From Amphiscolops sp. MND2022 (Eukaryota): a stretch of DNA of 64,000 nt. Below the pieces are notes generated by a model. The model saw only the letters and a program-made list of their open reading frames with translations, did not search any database and was not told the DNA's origin. Of the stretch, positions 26,701 through 38,820 are shown in pieces. Location of the stretch: the NCBI GenBank assembly GCA_964187785.1, contig OZ076409.1, forward strand, positions 8,806,001-8,870,000, given 5' to 3'. The position numbers and the translations under genes were made by a program. Position 1 is the first letter of the stretch. Each line of letters starts with the position of its first letter.

Positions 26701-29501
26701 TGACCAACCTGGAACCGTTAACCTTTATGGCCCAGAGAATGACCAACCTGGAACCGTGAACCTTTATGGTCCAGAGTATGACCAACCTGGAACCGTGAAC
26801 CTCTATGGTCCAGAGTATGACCAACCTGGAACCGTGAACCTCTATGGTCCAGAGTATGACCAACCTGGAACCGTGAACCTTTATGGTCCAGAGTATGACA
26901 AACCTGGAACCGTGAACCTTTATGATCCAGAGTATGACCAACCTGGAACCGTGAACCTTTATGGTCCAGAGTATGACCAACCTGGAACCGTGAACCTTTA
27001 TGGTCCAGAGTATGACCAACCTGGAACCGTGAACCTTTATGGTCCAGAGTATGACCAACCTGGAACCGTGAACCTTTATGGTCCAGAGTATGACCAACCT
27101 GGAACCGTGAACCTTTATGGTCCAGAGTATGACCAACCTGGAACCGTGAACTTTTATGGCCCGGAGAATGACCAACCTGGAACCGTGAACCTTTATGGTC
27201 CAGGGTATGACCAACCTGGAACCGTGAACCTTTATGGCCCAGAGAATGACCAACCTGGAACCGTGAACCTTTATGGTCCAGAGTATGACCAACCTGGAAC
27301 CGTGAACCTTTATGGTCCAGAGTATGACCAACCTGGAACCGTGAACCTTTATGGTCCAGAGTATGACCAACCTGGAACCGTGAACCTCTATTGTCCAGAG
27401 TATGACCAACCTGGAACCGTGAACCTTTATGGTCCAGAGTATGACCAACCTGGAACCGTGAACCTTTATGGTCCAGAGTATGACCAACCTGGAACTGTGA
27501 ACCTTTATGGTCCAGAGTATGACCAACCTGGAAGCGTGAACCTCTATGGTCCAGAGTATGACCAACCTGGAACCGTGAACCTTTATGGTCCAGAGTATAA
27601 CCAACCTGGAACTGTGAACCTTTATGGTCCAGAGTATGACCAACCTGGAACCGTGAACCTTTATGGTCCAGAGTATGACCAACCTGGAACCGTGAACCTT
27701 TATGGTCCAGAGTATTACCAACTGGAACCGTGAACCTTTATGGTCCAGAGTATGACAAACCTGGAATTGTGAACTTTTATGGTCCAGAGTATGACCAACC
27801 TGGAACCGTGAACCTTTATGGTCCAGAGTATGACCAACCTGGAACCGTGAACCTTTATGGTCCAGAGTATGACCAACCTGGAATTGTGAACCTTTATGGT
27901 CCAGAGTATGACCAACCTGGAACCGTGAACCTTTATGGCCCAGAGTATGACCAACCTGGAACCGTGAACCTTTATGGTCCAGAGTATGACCAACCTGGAA
28001 CCGTGAACCTTTATGGTCCAGAGTAGAACTAACCTGGAATCGTGAACCTTTATGGTCCAGAGTATGACCAACCTGGAACCGTGAACCTTTATGGTCCAGA
28101 GTATGACCAACCTGGAACCGTGAACCTTTATGGTCCAGAGTATGACCAACCTGGAACCGTGAACCTTTATGGTCCAGAGTATGACCAACCTGGAACCGTG
28201 AACCTTTATGGTCCAGAGTATGACCAACCTGGAACCGTGAACCTTTATGGTCCAGAGTATGACCAACCTGGAACCGTGAACCTTTATGGTCCAGAGTATG
28301 ACCAACCTGGAACCGTGAACCTTTATGGTCCAGAGTATGACCAACCTGGAACCGTGAACCTTTATGGTCCAGAGTATGACCAACCTGGAACCGTTAACCT
28401 TTATGGCCCAGAGAATGACCAACCTGGAACCGTGAACCTTTATGGTCCAGGGTATGACCAACCTGGAACCGTGAACCTTTATGGTCCAGAGTATGACCAA
28501 CCAGGAACCGTGAACCTTTATGGTCCAGAGTATGACCAACCTGGAACCGTGAACCTTTATGGTCCAGAGTATGACCAACCTGGAACCGTGAACCTTTATG
28601 GTCCAGAGTATGACCAACCTGGAACCGTGAACCTCTATGGTCAAGAGTATGACCAACCTGGAACCGTTAACCTTTATGGCCCAGAGAATGACCAACCTGG
28701 AACCGTGAACCTTTATGGTCCAGAGTATGACCAACCTGGAACCGTGAACCTCTATGGTCCAGAGTATGACCAACCTGGAACCGTGAACCTCTATGGTCCA
28801 GAGTATGACCAACCTGGAACCGTGAACCTTTATGGTCCAGAGTATGACAAACCTGGAACCGTGAACCTTTATGATCCAGAGTATGACCAACCTGGAACCG
28901 TGAACCTTTATGGTCCAGAGTATGACCAACCTGGAACCGTGAACCTTTATGGTCCAGAGTATGACCAACCTGGAACCGTGAACCTTCATAGTCCAGAGTA
29001 TGACCAACCTGGAATCGTGAACCTTTATGGTCCAGAGTATGACCAACCTGGAACCGTTAACCTTTATGGTCCAGGGTATGACCAACCTGGAACCGTGAAC
29101 GTTTATGGTCCAGAGTATGACCAACCTGGAACCGTGAACCTTTATGGTCCAGAGTATGACCAACCTGGAACCGTGAACCTTTATGGTCCAGAGTATGACC
29201 AACCTGGAACCGTGAACCTTTATGGTCCAGAGTATGACCAACCTGGAACCGTGAACCTTTATGGTCCAGAGTATGACCAACCTGGAACCGTGAACCTTTA
29301 TGGTCGAGTATGACCAACCTGGAACCGTGAACCTTTATGGTCCAGAGTATGACCAACCTGGAACCGTGAACCTTTATGGCCCAGAGTATGACCAACCTGG
29401 AACCGTGAACCTTTATGGTCCAGAGTATGACCAACCTGGAACCGTGAACCTTTATGGTTCAGAGTATGATCAACCTGTTTTTGTATGAGAGGCAAACCCG
29501 G
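14781..29501. mobile_element. 14.7-kb TIR element whose interior is a satellite array
   Basis: About 57-bp TIRs: 14781-14837 (CCGGGTTTCTGTCTCATACAAAAACAGGTTGATCATACTCTGGACCA..) versus 29445-29501. GAT directly repeated on both flanks (14778-80 and 29502-04). Confidence 0.85.
14838..29477 (+). repeat. 39-bp tandem satellite, about 375 copies (GGAACCGTGAACCTTTATGGTCCAGAGTATGACCAACCT)
   Basis: Directly visible and highly homogeneous, with scattered SNPs, 1-bp indels and higher-order duplications. Lies inside a host-gene intron. Confidence 0.99.
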
Positions 29502-29859
29502 GATAATAATATGCCACTCCCCTTTTTTTCTACTCTGTCTTTTTGCCCAATGATACAGAATTTGAACTGAATTATCCTCGATTCGCAGACTCATCAATCT
29601 ACGATCTAGAGACGAGTAATTTGGGGAAATTATTGAAATTATTGAAAATCTACCATTGTGAATTTTTGAAAGCGCTCTTTAGTTATCAACGTTCGATCAA
29701 AGAAAATGGGTCAAAGCCAGTGGTTTTCCACAATTACGCTGTGAATGTGCTGGCTTCTACTGAGAAACCCAAATTGATTCTTTTTGGATTAGGCATGTCT
29801 TTGTCTTTTTTGAGACCTGAAGGAGGCAGACTAGGCATACATTCTGTTGTCTGACAAAA

Positions 29860-29927
29860 AAGTAGTCACTGTAATAGTCGGGCTTTTTGGCTTTTTTCTT
29901 TTGAAAGGAAAAAGCGCGGACTAAAAA
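29860..29927 (+). mobile_element. 3' end fragment of a DINE-1/HINE-like element
   Basis: GTCACTGTAATAGTCGGGCT..AAAAGCGCGGACTAAAAA matches the terminus of copy 2. Confidence 0.55.
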
Positions 29928-30089
29928 TGGTATTAGGAACTTTCTCCATTGTTTGCAATCCTATTTTTCAAGTGCCTAACTAAATCTTACTCACGAGATG
30001 AGTGCCTCCCTCAAATTGCAGTATCAAAACAACGACAATCAATTTCTACAAACTTTGTTCACAGGTGATTGTCATGTTCGACATGAGTT

Positions 30090-30269
30090 TCCATGATTTC
30101 AGGCTGTCCATACTCTGGGCCATTTATGATTCCAGACTGGACCATAGAAGTTTATGGTTCCAGGTTGACCATACACTGAATCATATATGAATTCAGATAG
30201 ATCAGGGTAAGATCATAGAGAAATTTTTGTTTGATTTGTATGGTACCATATATGATCAGAAACCCCGGG
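30090..30269 (-). repeat. Degenerate relic of the satellite-bearing TIR family
   Basis: Diverged inverted monomers (CATACTCTGGGCCAT, TGGTTCCAGGTTGACCATAC) followed by the TIR-like end TATGATCAGAAACCCCGGG. Confidence 0.6.
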
Positions 30270-30304
30270 AGTTATGTGTTGCATTTTTCTTATTGTGAAG
30301 TGGG

Positions 30305-30710
30305 TAGAGGTGCACCGGACAGGAAAATTCCGTCCGGCCGGATATCCGGACAGGACTGATTGAAGCCGGATACCGGCCGGACCGGACATTATCCTCAATT
30401 GTAAGCGATGAAGGGCTGTTTTCAGAATTGGGCAATGAGGATTACGAAAAACGAACCAGGCCTTTACCACAGAGCGGTGAAAAACTATTTTCCCTCCGCC
30501 ATAATATAATGAATTTTGATTCACAGTCCCAAATTCAAGTTTTCGATGCACATACACTTTTTCTAAGTTAGATATTCCGATTAGTTAAGAATATTCTTTT
30601 AAGATAATATCCGGCCGGACACGGTAAAAAGTCCGGCCGGATACCGGACAGGACATTTTCCTGAAATCCGGCCGGATACCGGACCGGAGTTATTGTCCGG
30701 TACATCTCTA
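30305..30710. mobile_element. hAT-type MITE (406 bp)
   Basis: TIRs TAGAGGTGCACCGGACA / TGTCCGGTACATCTCTA, perfect 8-bp TSD GAAGTGGG, subterminal CCGG(A) repeats. Confidence 0.92.
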
Positions 30711-30899
30711 GAAGTGGGTGTTTGGAAGTTTTTTACAGAGAAAAGAAGCAACAATTCTAAATTTTTGGGCTTGAAGTTTGTACTATCGCCAAATTTCGAG
30801 CAATTATCGATCTCAAAATTTCTTCGCTCTCAAATCTGAATTGCTTCGGCTTCTTAATGGAATTATGCTTTGAAAGGTTACTCTATTCAGCATTTTTAG

Positions 30900-31028
30900 A
30901 TGTAGACGAATGCGGAGAAAAAGTGGATATTTGTGGCACCACTGGGCAATGTGTGAACAACGTGGGATCTTACACATGTCGATGCTACTTGGGCTATGTT
31001 CATAAAACTTCATCCGTCTCCTGTGCAA
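30900..31028 (+). CDS. Host gene exon: calcium-binding EGF repeat
   Basis: TTTTTAG acceptor, DVDECGEKVDICGTTGQCVNNVGSYTCRCYLGY..C, A|GTTGGT donor, 129 bp, phase 1-1. Confidence 0.9.
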
Positions 31029-31691
31029 GTTGGTATCATTCCCAGAAAGACGAACGAAGTTTTTAAGGGAAGTATCAGACATGTATGAATTTTTCATCTT
31101 TCGTGGCCCCATTCTTTTAGAAGAACTTGAAAACTGCATAGTACCCGAAAAGGCGCCGACTTAGAGAAGCAGAACTGAAATGGGGAAATTAACTTTCTTC
31201 TTTCTTCTTCCTATCTTGGAAAATTTTGCAAAACAAAAAACGTCTCAAAAACTTGGATAACAAGATGACCACTGTATACTGGAAAGTTTTCCACCCCGAA
31301 TAACTTTAGCGAAATCACTTTTATTGACCATACATAATTGCTCGAAAAAGGTGGAAATCAACTTTTTTAAATCACTTTTTTCCACTTTTTGATTGATTAA
31401 ATGCACTTTTTCATTTTTGTTTTCTTGCAAAAATGACGAAACTCAGTTTTAGGGCAGTTAAAAATTCGAATAGCTTCTGCGTCGAAATATTAGTGGGTGC
31501 TGCCAACTAGAACCTACTTTCCACATGACCTAGTGGCAAGCGCGCGTGTCTGTGCGGAGTGATTGGCGCTAGAAACCAGCTGTTCGTTGGTTCAAATCCT
31601 ATTATGTGCCATTTTTTAGTCGGCTCGTTTCTTAAGAATAGAGTCAACTATAGTCATGGTTTTTCGTCAGTTTTTTTCGATACACCTGAAG

Positions 31692-33195
31692 TGTTGGACG
31701 ACCGTACAGTAAACGGAGATGTTGCGGTAGAGGCGTCTAATTGTCTGTTTCGTTTTTCATTTTGAGCAATTAATCTCTCCATCATAGTCTTCAATGTAGC
31801 CATCTCACTTAGGAGGTGATTAAACCTCCCTTTATTAGCTTGTTGGAGATCAGACTCATTAGTTGGTGAATTTTGTCCCGATAGCACTTGTTCATCTGAC
31901 GAATTATTGTCATTTTGCATGTTTGAAATCTGAATACTAGGAGATTCAGCTGGTACGTTCGACGCGGTAGACGTTATTATTTTTCCACTTCTGAGTGTTC
32001 TAGGAGAACTGTTATTCATGCTAATTAGCACTTGGTCACGTAACCAGTCATTATGTATGTCGCAAGAGGGCTACTAGCTAAAGATTGCGCGCCAATTCAA
32101 TTTCAAACCAATTACCATGAATATATGATGTATTTCATCTGGTAAAATGTAGCAATCATCTTCTGAGTCATGATCAGACCTGCAAATACATCAAATGAAT
32201 TATAAAATGATCAGGAATTCAATTAGACCAAGTTTTAAAAGAAGGCGATAGGGAAATGATGATTCTATTGCACTAGAATGACTAAACTGTGGAATTCAAC
32301 AAGTTTTGTCGTTTAGATATCGTTTTCTCTAGTTAGTTATGTTAGTGTGGCGGTAGATGTAGAAACGATAATTGAAGTTCGTTCTAGGTGTATGCGTGAA
32401 CAACTAGATGTGAAAACGATAGATCAGCTAAACAGGGAAGGTAAATTTAGTAAATGGGAGAAGTTACATCCCTTTACCATCGTCAACTAATTCTGCACTC
32501 GCGATATGTAAACGATGAGAGATTTTCATCGTTCTTCCATCGTCTGCATGTACGTGTTGAATTACCAAATCGTCGGCAATGTACAAACGATGAAACAATT
32601 TCATCGGTCTTACATCGTTAGTAAATCAGCATCAAAGCAAAGAAATAAGGGGATTCATCAGTTTTACATTGTTACTTTAAATTCTCATTTCTCTTAGCTG
32701 TATGTGGTCGAACGATGTAATATAGATGAAACCTGTTAAACTTGGAGTAAAACTGAGGTTTCAGCATGAATTTCATCGTTTCAGCATCTTCAATCTGTTA
32801 TTCAGTGAAATGAGGCTTGTCGCGTTAGTTTACTTTGAGGCAGGAGCTTCCTAACGAGTGTCAGTCTCATTATTTCCATATGACGTTACAGTTTGACCAA
32901 AAGACTACTTTCTCCTTTTGCGACAAGCCATCAATGAAGAATAGCACCTTTGCTGATTAGCATGACCATAAACTGCGGACATTGGAACTAGAGAACTAGA
33001 GAGCTCAGCAAAGAATTAAATAAACTACTCAATTCTCATGGGGGGAATGAGGGGATTAGGTACAAATAACGTAGGGTTGTTCACAACCATAGCTCTTATT
33101 CTATGACATCATATTGCCCTTATCTAAGTACATAAGACATATTATTTACATTATAGATAACTAGCAGATCATATTTCCATCATGCTGGCATGACA
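31692..33195 (-). repeat. 3' LTR (1504 bp)
   Basis: TGTTGGACGACCG...GGCATGACA, colinear with 49514-50703 apart from two indel or non-homologous blocks. Confidence 0.9.
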
Positions 33196-34312
33196 CTCCC
33201 AGGGAGATTAGGAAGGGGAGCGCAGAGGCCAAATGTGGAGAGGATGGTTGTCGCAGCGTGGGCTTTTACATGGTCCTTCGTTGGTCTTGGGGGAAATGGC
33301 CTTCGTTGGTTCTCGTTAGTTTGGTTCCTTCGTTGGTTCTGTCCCATGGTTATATTTCCTGAGAAGGAGACATCGGTCATCGTTTGAATATCGGCATGAA
33401 CTCGGTTATTTCGGTTAAAGTTGGACGCGTCAGTTCTAGTTCTTGGCCTGTCGAATGTCCGCAGATCGGCTTTTGTGGCTGTCAGGAGTGATTGTAGTAA
33501 GCCGTTGATTTCTGGTGTTAGGCGTAATAATTGGCGTCATTTTGTCTTATAAATTGGAGAGGATGAGTAGCACGTGAGTGGAGAGCGATGAACTGTCGGT
33601 GAATTGCCAATTGCCAAATGAGCTGTGAGCAAACTTGTGGTAATATACCGTATGCGTTGTTGCAGTAGGCATTCCAACTGTGTGCGAGGAGGAAACTTCA
33701 GTTGTCTTGATTAGTCATTGTGTAAATAAAGTAGCCACAATTTCGAGTGCGTCTTTCCGCTGATCGTGTAAACCATTCAAATTGTCAACGACGCTGGCAG
33801 CTTCATCTGAATGTTTTCCTACTACCGGGGTATCAAGGTCCCAACACTTTGATATGATTTTCACAGGAAATTTGAGTCATGTTGTCCGTTTAAACTGTTG
33901 TTTCCTCTGCTAGTTGGTGGAAGGAGATAGTGAAATTGAACCCATATTGAAAATTTTCCATCAGATATTCTTCTTTTGAGGTTTGTAATGTTAAATGTAG
34001 TCGAAACGTTGGTTGTCCTTTTGTTTTTTCTAGAGATTGAATCGATTCCATATCACGGTTGATCAGGCCGCAATACTTTTCGATTATCGTTGTTTTGATA
34101 TCTTCAAATTGAGTTCACATTTACTATCCAGCTTCATTCAAGTATTGTTTTTCAGATTGCAATCGTTGTATCGTTTCTTCATCGTCAAGATGTCAGATGA
34201 TAGTCAGTTGAATCCCTTTACTGTAGCGAATCAATTTAGTTAGTCACCTTTCCTTCATCGTCACAGCTGCTATGGATTTGGGCAATTAAAATGTATTCTG
34301 CTTTGTGTTTAG

Positions 34313-37300
34313 CTGCTGGGGAACGCATGACACCGCCTGGGTCTGGGAGCCCAAGGGTGTACACTCAATTGACTGGGGTGGGGCCTATGTCGCCCATGCA
34401 AACTCCATCGATGCATCACCCACTAATGCCCGTTTATCCGCAGTGTGAGTCTTCTGTTCCACCGAGAAATGTTTCAGTTTGTCATCTGTAGCATCCAGTC
34501 ATCGTCATGAGCTCTCGTTGTTGTTTCAGTCTACTCTCCATGACAACAAACCCTTGGATCTCTGTCCTTGGGATGGTACGACGGTTATCTTTGGAATGCA
34601 GTGCGAGAGGAGCTTGCTGTTGCCAGTAAGTACCACTTTGTTTAGACGTAGGATTGGTAGGGCATCTGAATCAGTGAGTTGTGCTAGCTTCATCGAAGTT
34701 TCATCTGTTTTCCATCGTAGTAGGGACAGCGATGTAGAAACGATGAATACTGTTATTTTAGCTCCTCGAGGAGGTTAGGGAGTGGAGAGGCCGGTCGTGC
34801 GGACCATGGCGTCAATGGCGTGTGGTCCTGAGGCGGAAGAGGCTCGGCGGACTGCTTCCACGCAAACACGACGCGAGTTTGCGATTAGATCGTCGTCAAT
34901 GAGTAGTGGTGAGCCAGAAGTTGCTGTCGATGAGGAGTCCATGGAAGCATGTGGATCAAGCACAGAAGCTGTTGTGGGCGTTTGTGGTTGTCCTGAGGTT
35001 GCTGTCAGTGTCGTCGTACCAAATGTGTCTGGCATTGATGGTCCAATCGTCAGTGGCACTGCCCTTCCCACGAGACGTCCAGTTCGGTCAGGTAACTGAA
35101 CAGCTTCAATGATTTACTTAGACTATATTTTTGGGATTGTAACTAGTCTTTTGTACGTTTTCGGGTTTTGATTTGAATTTTTCTTCTTCAAGCATGTTTT
35201 TGTGTTGTTTTGGGCTATATTATCAGTGTTTTCAGTGAAAATATCGTTTTTTCATCGTGGTAATTTTCCTTTAGTTGATGTAGTTAAAACATCTTTTTCT
35301 TATCGGTGTAGTTAATAAGGATGTCGTTACTGTCGTTCTACGTTCTGTAGAGTGTTTTCATCGTTTGATCATCAGATTTTCTTTTCAGTCGCTAAGAACA
35401 GTATCCGGTCGAGCTGGTTCAAGCACGAGTATGCGGGAATGTCCCTGGGCTTCGCACGAGATCACAGGTCGTCTGAGGCTTTTGTGCGTTGTCGTTTCTG
35501 CAAGTGCGACTTGAAGGTCGGGTGCCGTGGCATCTCGACATACTTAGAGCACTGTCGTGGAGTCATACACCACAAGCTAGACTGTTTGGTGCGTTTCCGG
35601 CGCGGTTTGGTATTGCGTCGACGGACAGGAGCGTTGATGAGTGCTTCGGAAGCGGCTGCGATGGAGCAAGAGCTGAGATTCTTGTCGTTGCCGGAAGTGG
35701 AGGTGCGTCCGCCCTTCTCTGTTAGAGAAATGTTTGCAGTCGAAGCGAGAGACGACAGTATCTAGGATTCAGGTGTGCCTGAAGTGCCTGCCAACGAGCG
35801 GAGCTAGCAGTTCTTTTTGTGATTTGTTCTGGACGCGTTGTACCGGGGTGGAGACGTCACGAGCCTCACTCAACTCTGGGATTCGGTTACGACTACTGAT
35901 GTGTCGTATCAGAGCTTGCTGGGCGTTAGTTGTCGGAAAGAAGATGTTGTCGTAAAGATATTTTACATGTGTTGCATCAGTTACATGTTTTTTCTTTGCA
36001 TGTATGTGTATGTACTTTGTTCGTTTGTTACTAATGTTACTTTTGGGTACAGCATGTCATTCGCGCTTTAGAAAATTATAGGGAGTATGATTTTCTTTGT
36101 TTGATTTAGGCAGTTTTGGTGTTCGGGATTTGGCTGCATGTGGTGCGCTTGATTTCAGGAGACTTGTGTGCAGGGAATCGCGTCGATCACTATGTGGAAC
36201 TTGACCGGGAGGTGTTGCGCTGTTCTGTCACAGTGGCGGAATCGGACATGTTGAGAGGGTACTTCCTGTCGAAGTAGGAGCTATTGGACAGTGGGAACAG
36301 AGAGTGGCTGACTGGATCGCTAATTACTGGTGTGTCATGTTAGAGGAACTTGCGCCTGTGGGAATCAGTTGTTCTGGGATGCCTTCATTACACAGATTGT
36401 TGGAGGGGGCAGATGGCCGTGGAAGTGTGTCGTTGGATCCAGTGCGTCTCGAGTCAGTCATGCAGGTGATCACTGCCGCGGGGTTATCTGTGTTTACTGG
36501 GCAAGAAGTTCATGTCGTCATGATTTTCTTGTTGTCAAAACTACGCGATTGCCTGACAGATCCCGTCCTGATGGCTTGTTCTGCATTAGTGCGTGTAAGT
36601 GTGATTTGATTTTTGGCTTTAAAACAGACTTTCTTTTGATTCAGGTAGGGGGAGGTTTGTTCGTCGCTGAGAGTAGCCTGATCTGAGTTCACTCTGTTTA
36701 GTTTGGTTGATTGTTTTAGTGTATAGTAGCTGGAGAAATCTCGAATTGGCAGATTGTTGCGGTATTAGAGGAGTTACGAGGGTCGTGGGAGAGTCTGGTT
36801 GTTCTTGTGGAACGTCTGGACCAGTTAAGCGGGAGTGTGGATCCTATGCGGATGGAACTGATGGTACTACAAGAGGCTGGTCTGTCCCTCAATTTTCATG
36901 CGATGGGATTGGTGTACACGCAGGGTTGTTATGAATGTTTTATTGTGTCTTCAGTTTCGTCAGTAGGACTATATATGTGCGTTTTTGAATTTGGGTATGC
37001 ATCCTTTATGCATTGTCTGGTTGGAAATCTTTGAGGAGGATGGAATCAATTCATAGGTTTCATCGGTTAGACATCGTTGCTTTGTAGACTACTTTGCTTA
37101 TCGTTTCTGTGTCTGTTTTAGTGTTGGAAGGACTGCAGCAAACCTTCAGTGATCGATTGTATCGTGGCATTTACGGCGTGAGTGAGATATTGAAGGTGGT
37201 ACGACGTCTCCGTCTCATGGTGGCTGGAGACAGTACGGTTCCTGAATCGCGCGAGATATATCGTTGGACCAGCTTTGAACTTGATAGAATACGACTGAGT

Positions 37301-38058
37301 GCAGGAAAAGAATCTCTGATATTCCAAACTTTTGCGTCACATCGATCAAGATATGCGTGTGGAGGCGAGTTTCAACTTGCTGTTATTGTGGTGGAAGAAT
37401 TTGTCATCACGGTTGCTGTGAATCTCTTGCATTTGCCTCAAGTGTCAGATCAGACCAACATGGCTTTGACTTGCTGGGGCCGGATGTGTTGATGCAAGCA
37501 CGAGTTAGTGAAATGGAAGAGATCATGGGCTGTCATTTGGAGACGCTGGAGCGAAGAGGACGACTTGCTGCGACAGACAGAACACCTGTCCTTGAATCCT
37601 TTGTGCGGTTCGTTGGTCAATTCAAAGAAGATCATGGAGAAAACTATGATTTACGGACTCATGAGGGCGAGCTGTAGCAGTATGGATCAAAGGACGTTGT
37701 TTTGCAGATACCCTTTTGTGTGAGTGGAAGTTCCAATCGGAGCTACAATTTTGTGGATTTTAGTCTACCACAGTTGTCGTCAGAGAATATGTCTAGTAGG
37801 ATTGGAACCATTTTGAGTTGGTGTCAGTCCCGAGGTGTGAGGAGTTTGCACAGTATTCCAGACGGTCTGGTCGCAGAGAGTTTTGATGCAGGGGGACGTG
37901 CTATAGAGCTTGGAGTATTGAGTACCGATGATTTTAATGACGAAGTCGGAAGGTCATCGACGGATGATTACAGGGAGTCAGTTTATGAGCGGATGGGGTT
38001 GGCTTTTGACGGAAGTAGAGTAGCAAGTCCAGAAATCGTAGGTGAACGCAGATTTTGA
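34313..38058 (+). pseudogene. Antisense, at least 7-exon accessory gene of the LTR element; about 940 codons with a BED-like Zn finger, decayed
   Basis: Exons 34313-34444, 34530-34625, 34762-35091, 35389-35951, 36110-36594, 36645-36924 and 37122-38058. GT-AG introns with matching phases 1,1,1,0,0,1. Motif CRFCKCDLKVGCRGISTYLEHCRGVIHH. Scattered stops and frameshifts. Confidence 0.75.
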
Positions 38059-38820
38059 AAATTGTGATTTTAATTTTACTAGACTATGCATTTGATTGAT
38101 TATTTACAGTTTTATCTTGATTAGTAAGTGCAGAGCACTTACATTGTATCGGACTTTGTCCATTTGTTTTCTGTAGATAGAGGGAGTACGAATTGAATTG
38201 TGTTCCTCGATGTCATTTATTTTTGGCATATTGTGGTGCCTTTTATTTTGCATGTGGAAGGAGTAGGTGTTGAGTGTAGGGGTTGCGTGGTAGGAATTTT
38301 TCGTCCTGTAGCAAGTTTCATCTTTTTGTGTAAGTAGGTAGGTGTGTGTATTAGAGAAGAGGGAGAAAAAAATGTTTGTTCGTTCATTGGACAAGGTTTT
38401 GTTGTCACGAAATCTCTACAAATCTAACTTAGAAACCATTGTGTCATCGGATTACCCGGGAAGCATACCTTCATCTGATTATGAACCCCCAACTGAACAG
38501 ACACTACGATGAGAAATGTCTACCAGCATGATGGAATATGAATGCTGGTTGAAAACGTACGGGTTATAGTTGTGTTTGGTTGACATGAAAGGGACAGTTG
38601 TTCAGGTCTAAGAATTACTTGGGTTACTGTTGGCGTTCCACTTGTTGTGTTTAAGCATTCTTTTCGGAAAATTCTATAATACTTGTTTGAAAGATTACAT
38701 GATTACATATGTAGGTGTTTTTGCTGAATAGAATAATTTATCACATTCGTTCCTATTGAATTGCATGTTTAATTTAATTTTCTATTTATTGGAGTTGTAA
38801 TTCGCATGTATGAGCTTTTA

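Noticed and set aside
14749..29488. Very long repeat ORFs (NLYGPEYDQPGTV)n and antisense (VILWTIKVHGSRL)n as a giant repeat protein
   Set aside because: A 39-bp unit without stops is open by construction in several frames. Many 1-bp indels and stops occur, the array is bounded by TIRs, and the flanking EGF exons splice in phase across it.
31530..31610. tRNA gene (B-box-like GGTTCAAATCC)
   Set aside because: No convincing cloverleaf; at most a decayed SINE head.
34313..38058. env gene
   Set aside because: Antisense to pol, spliced, with a Zn finger and no evident signal peptide or C-terminal membrane anchor.
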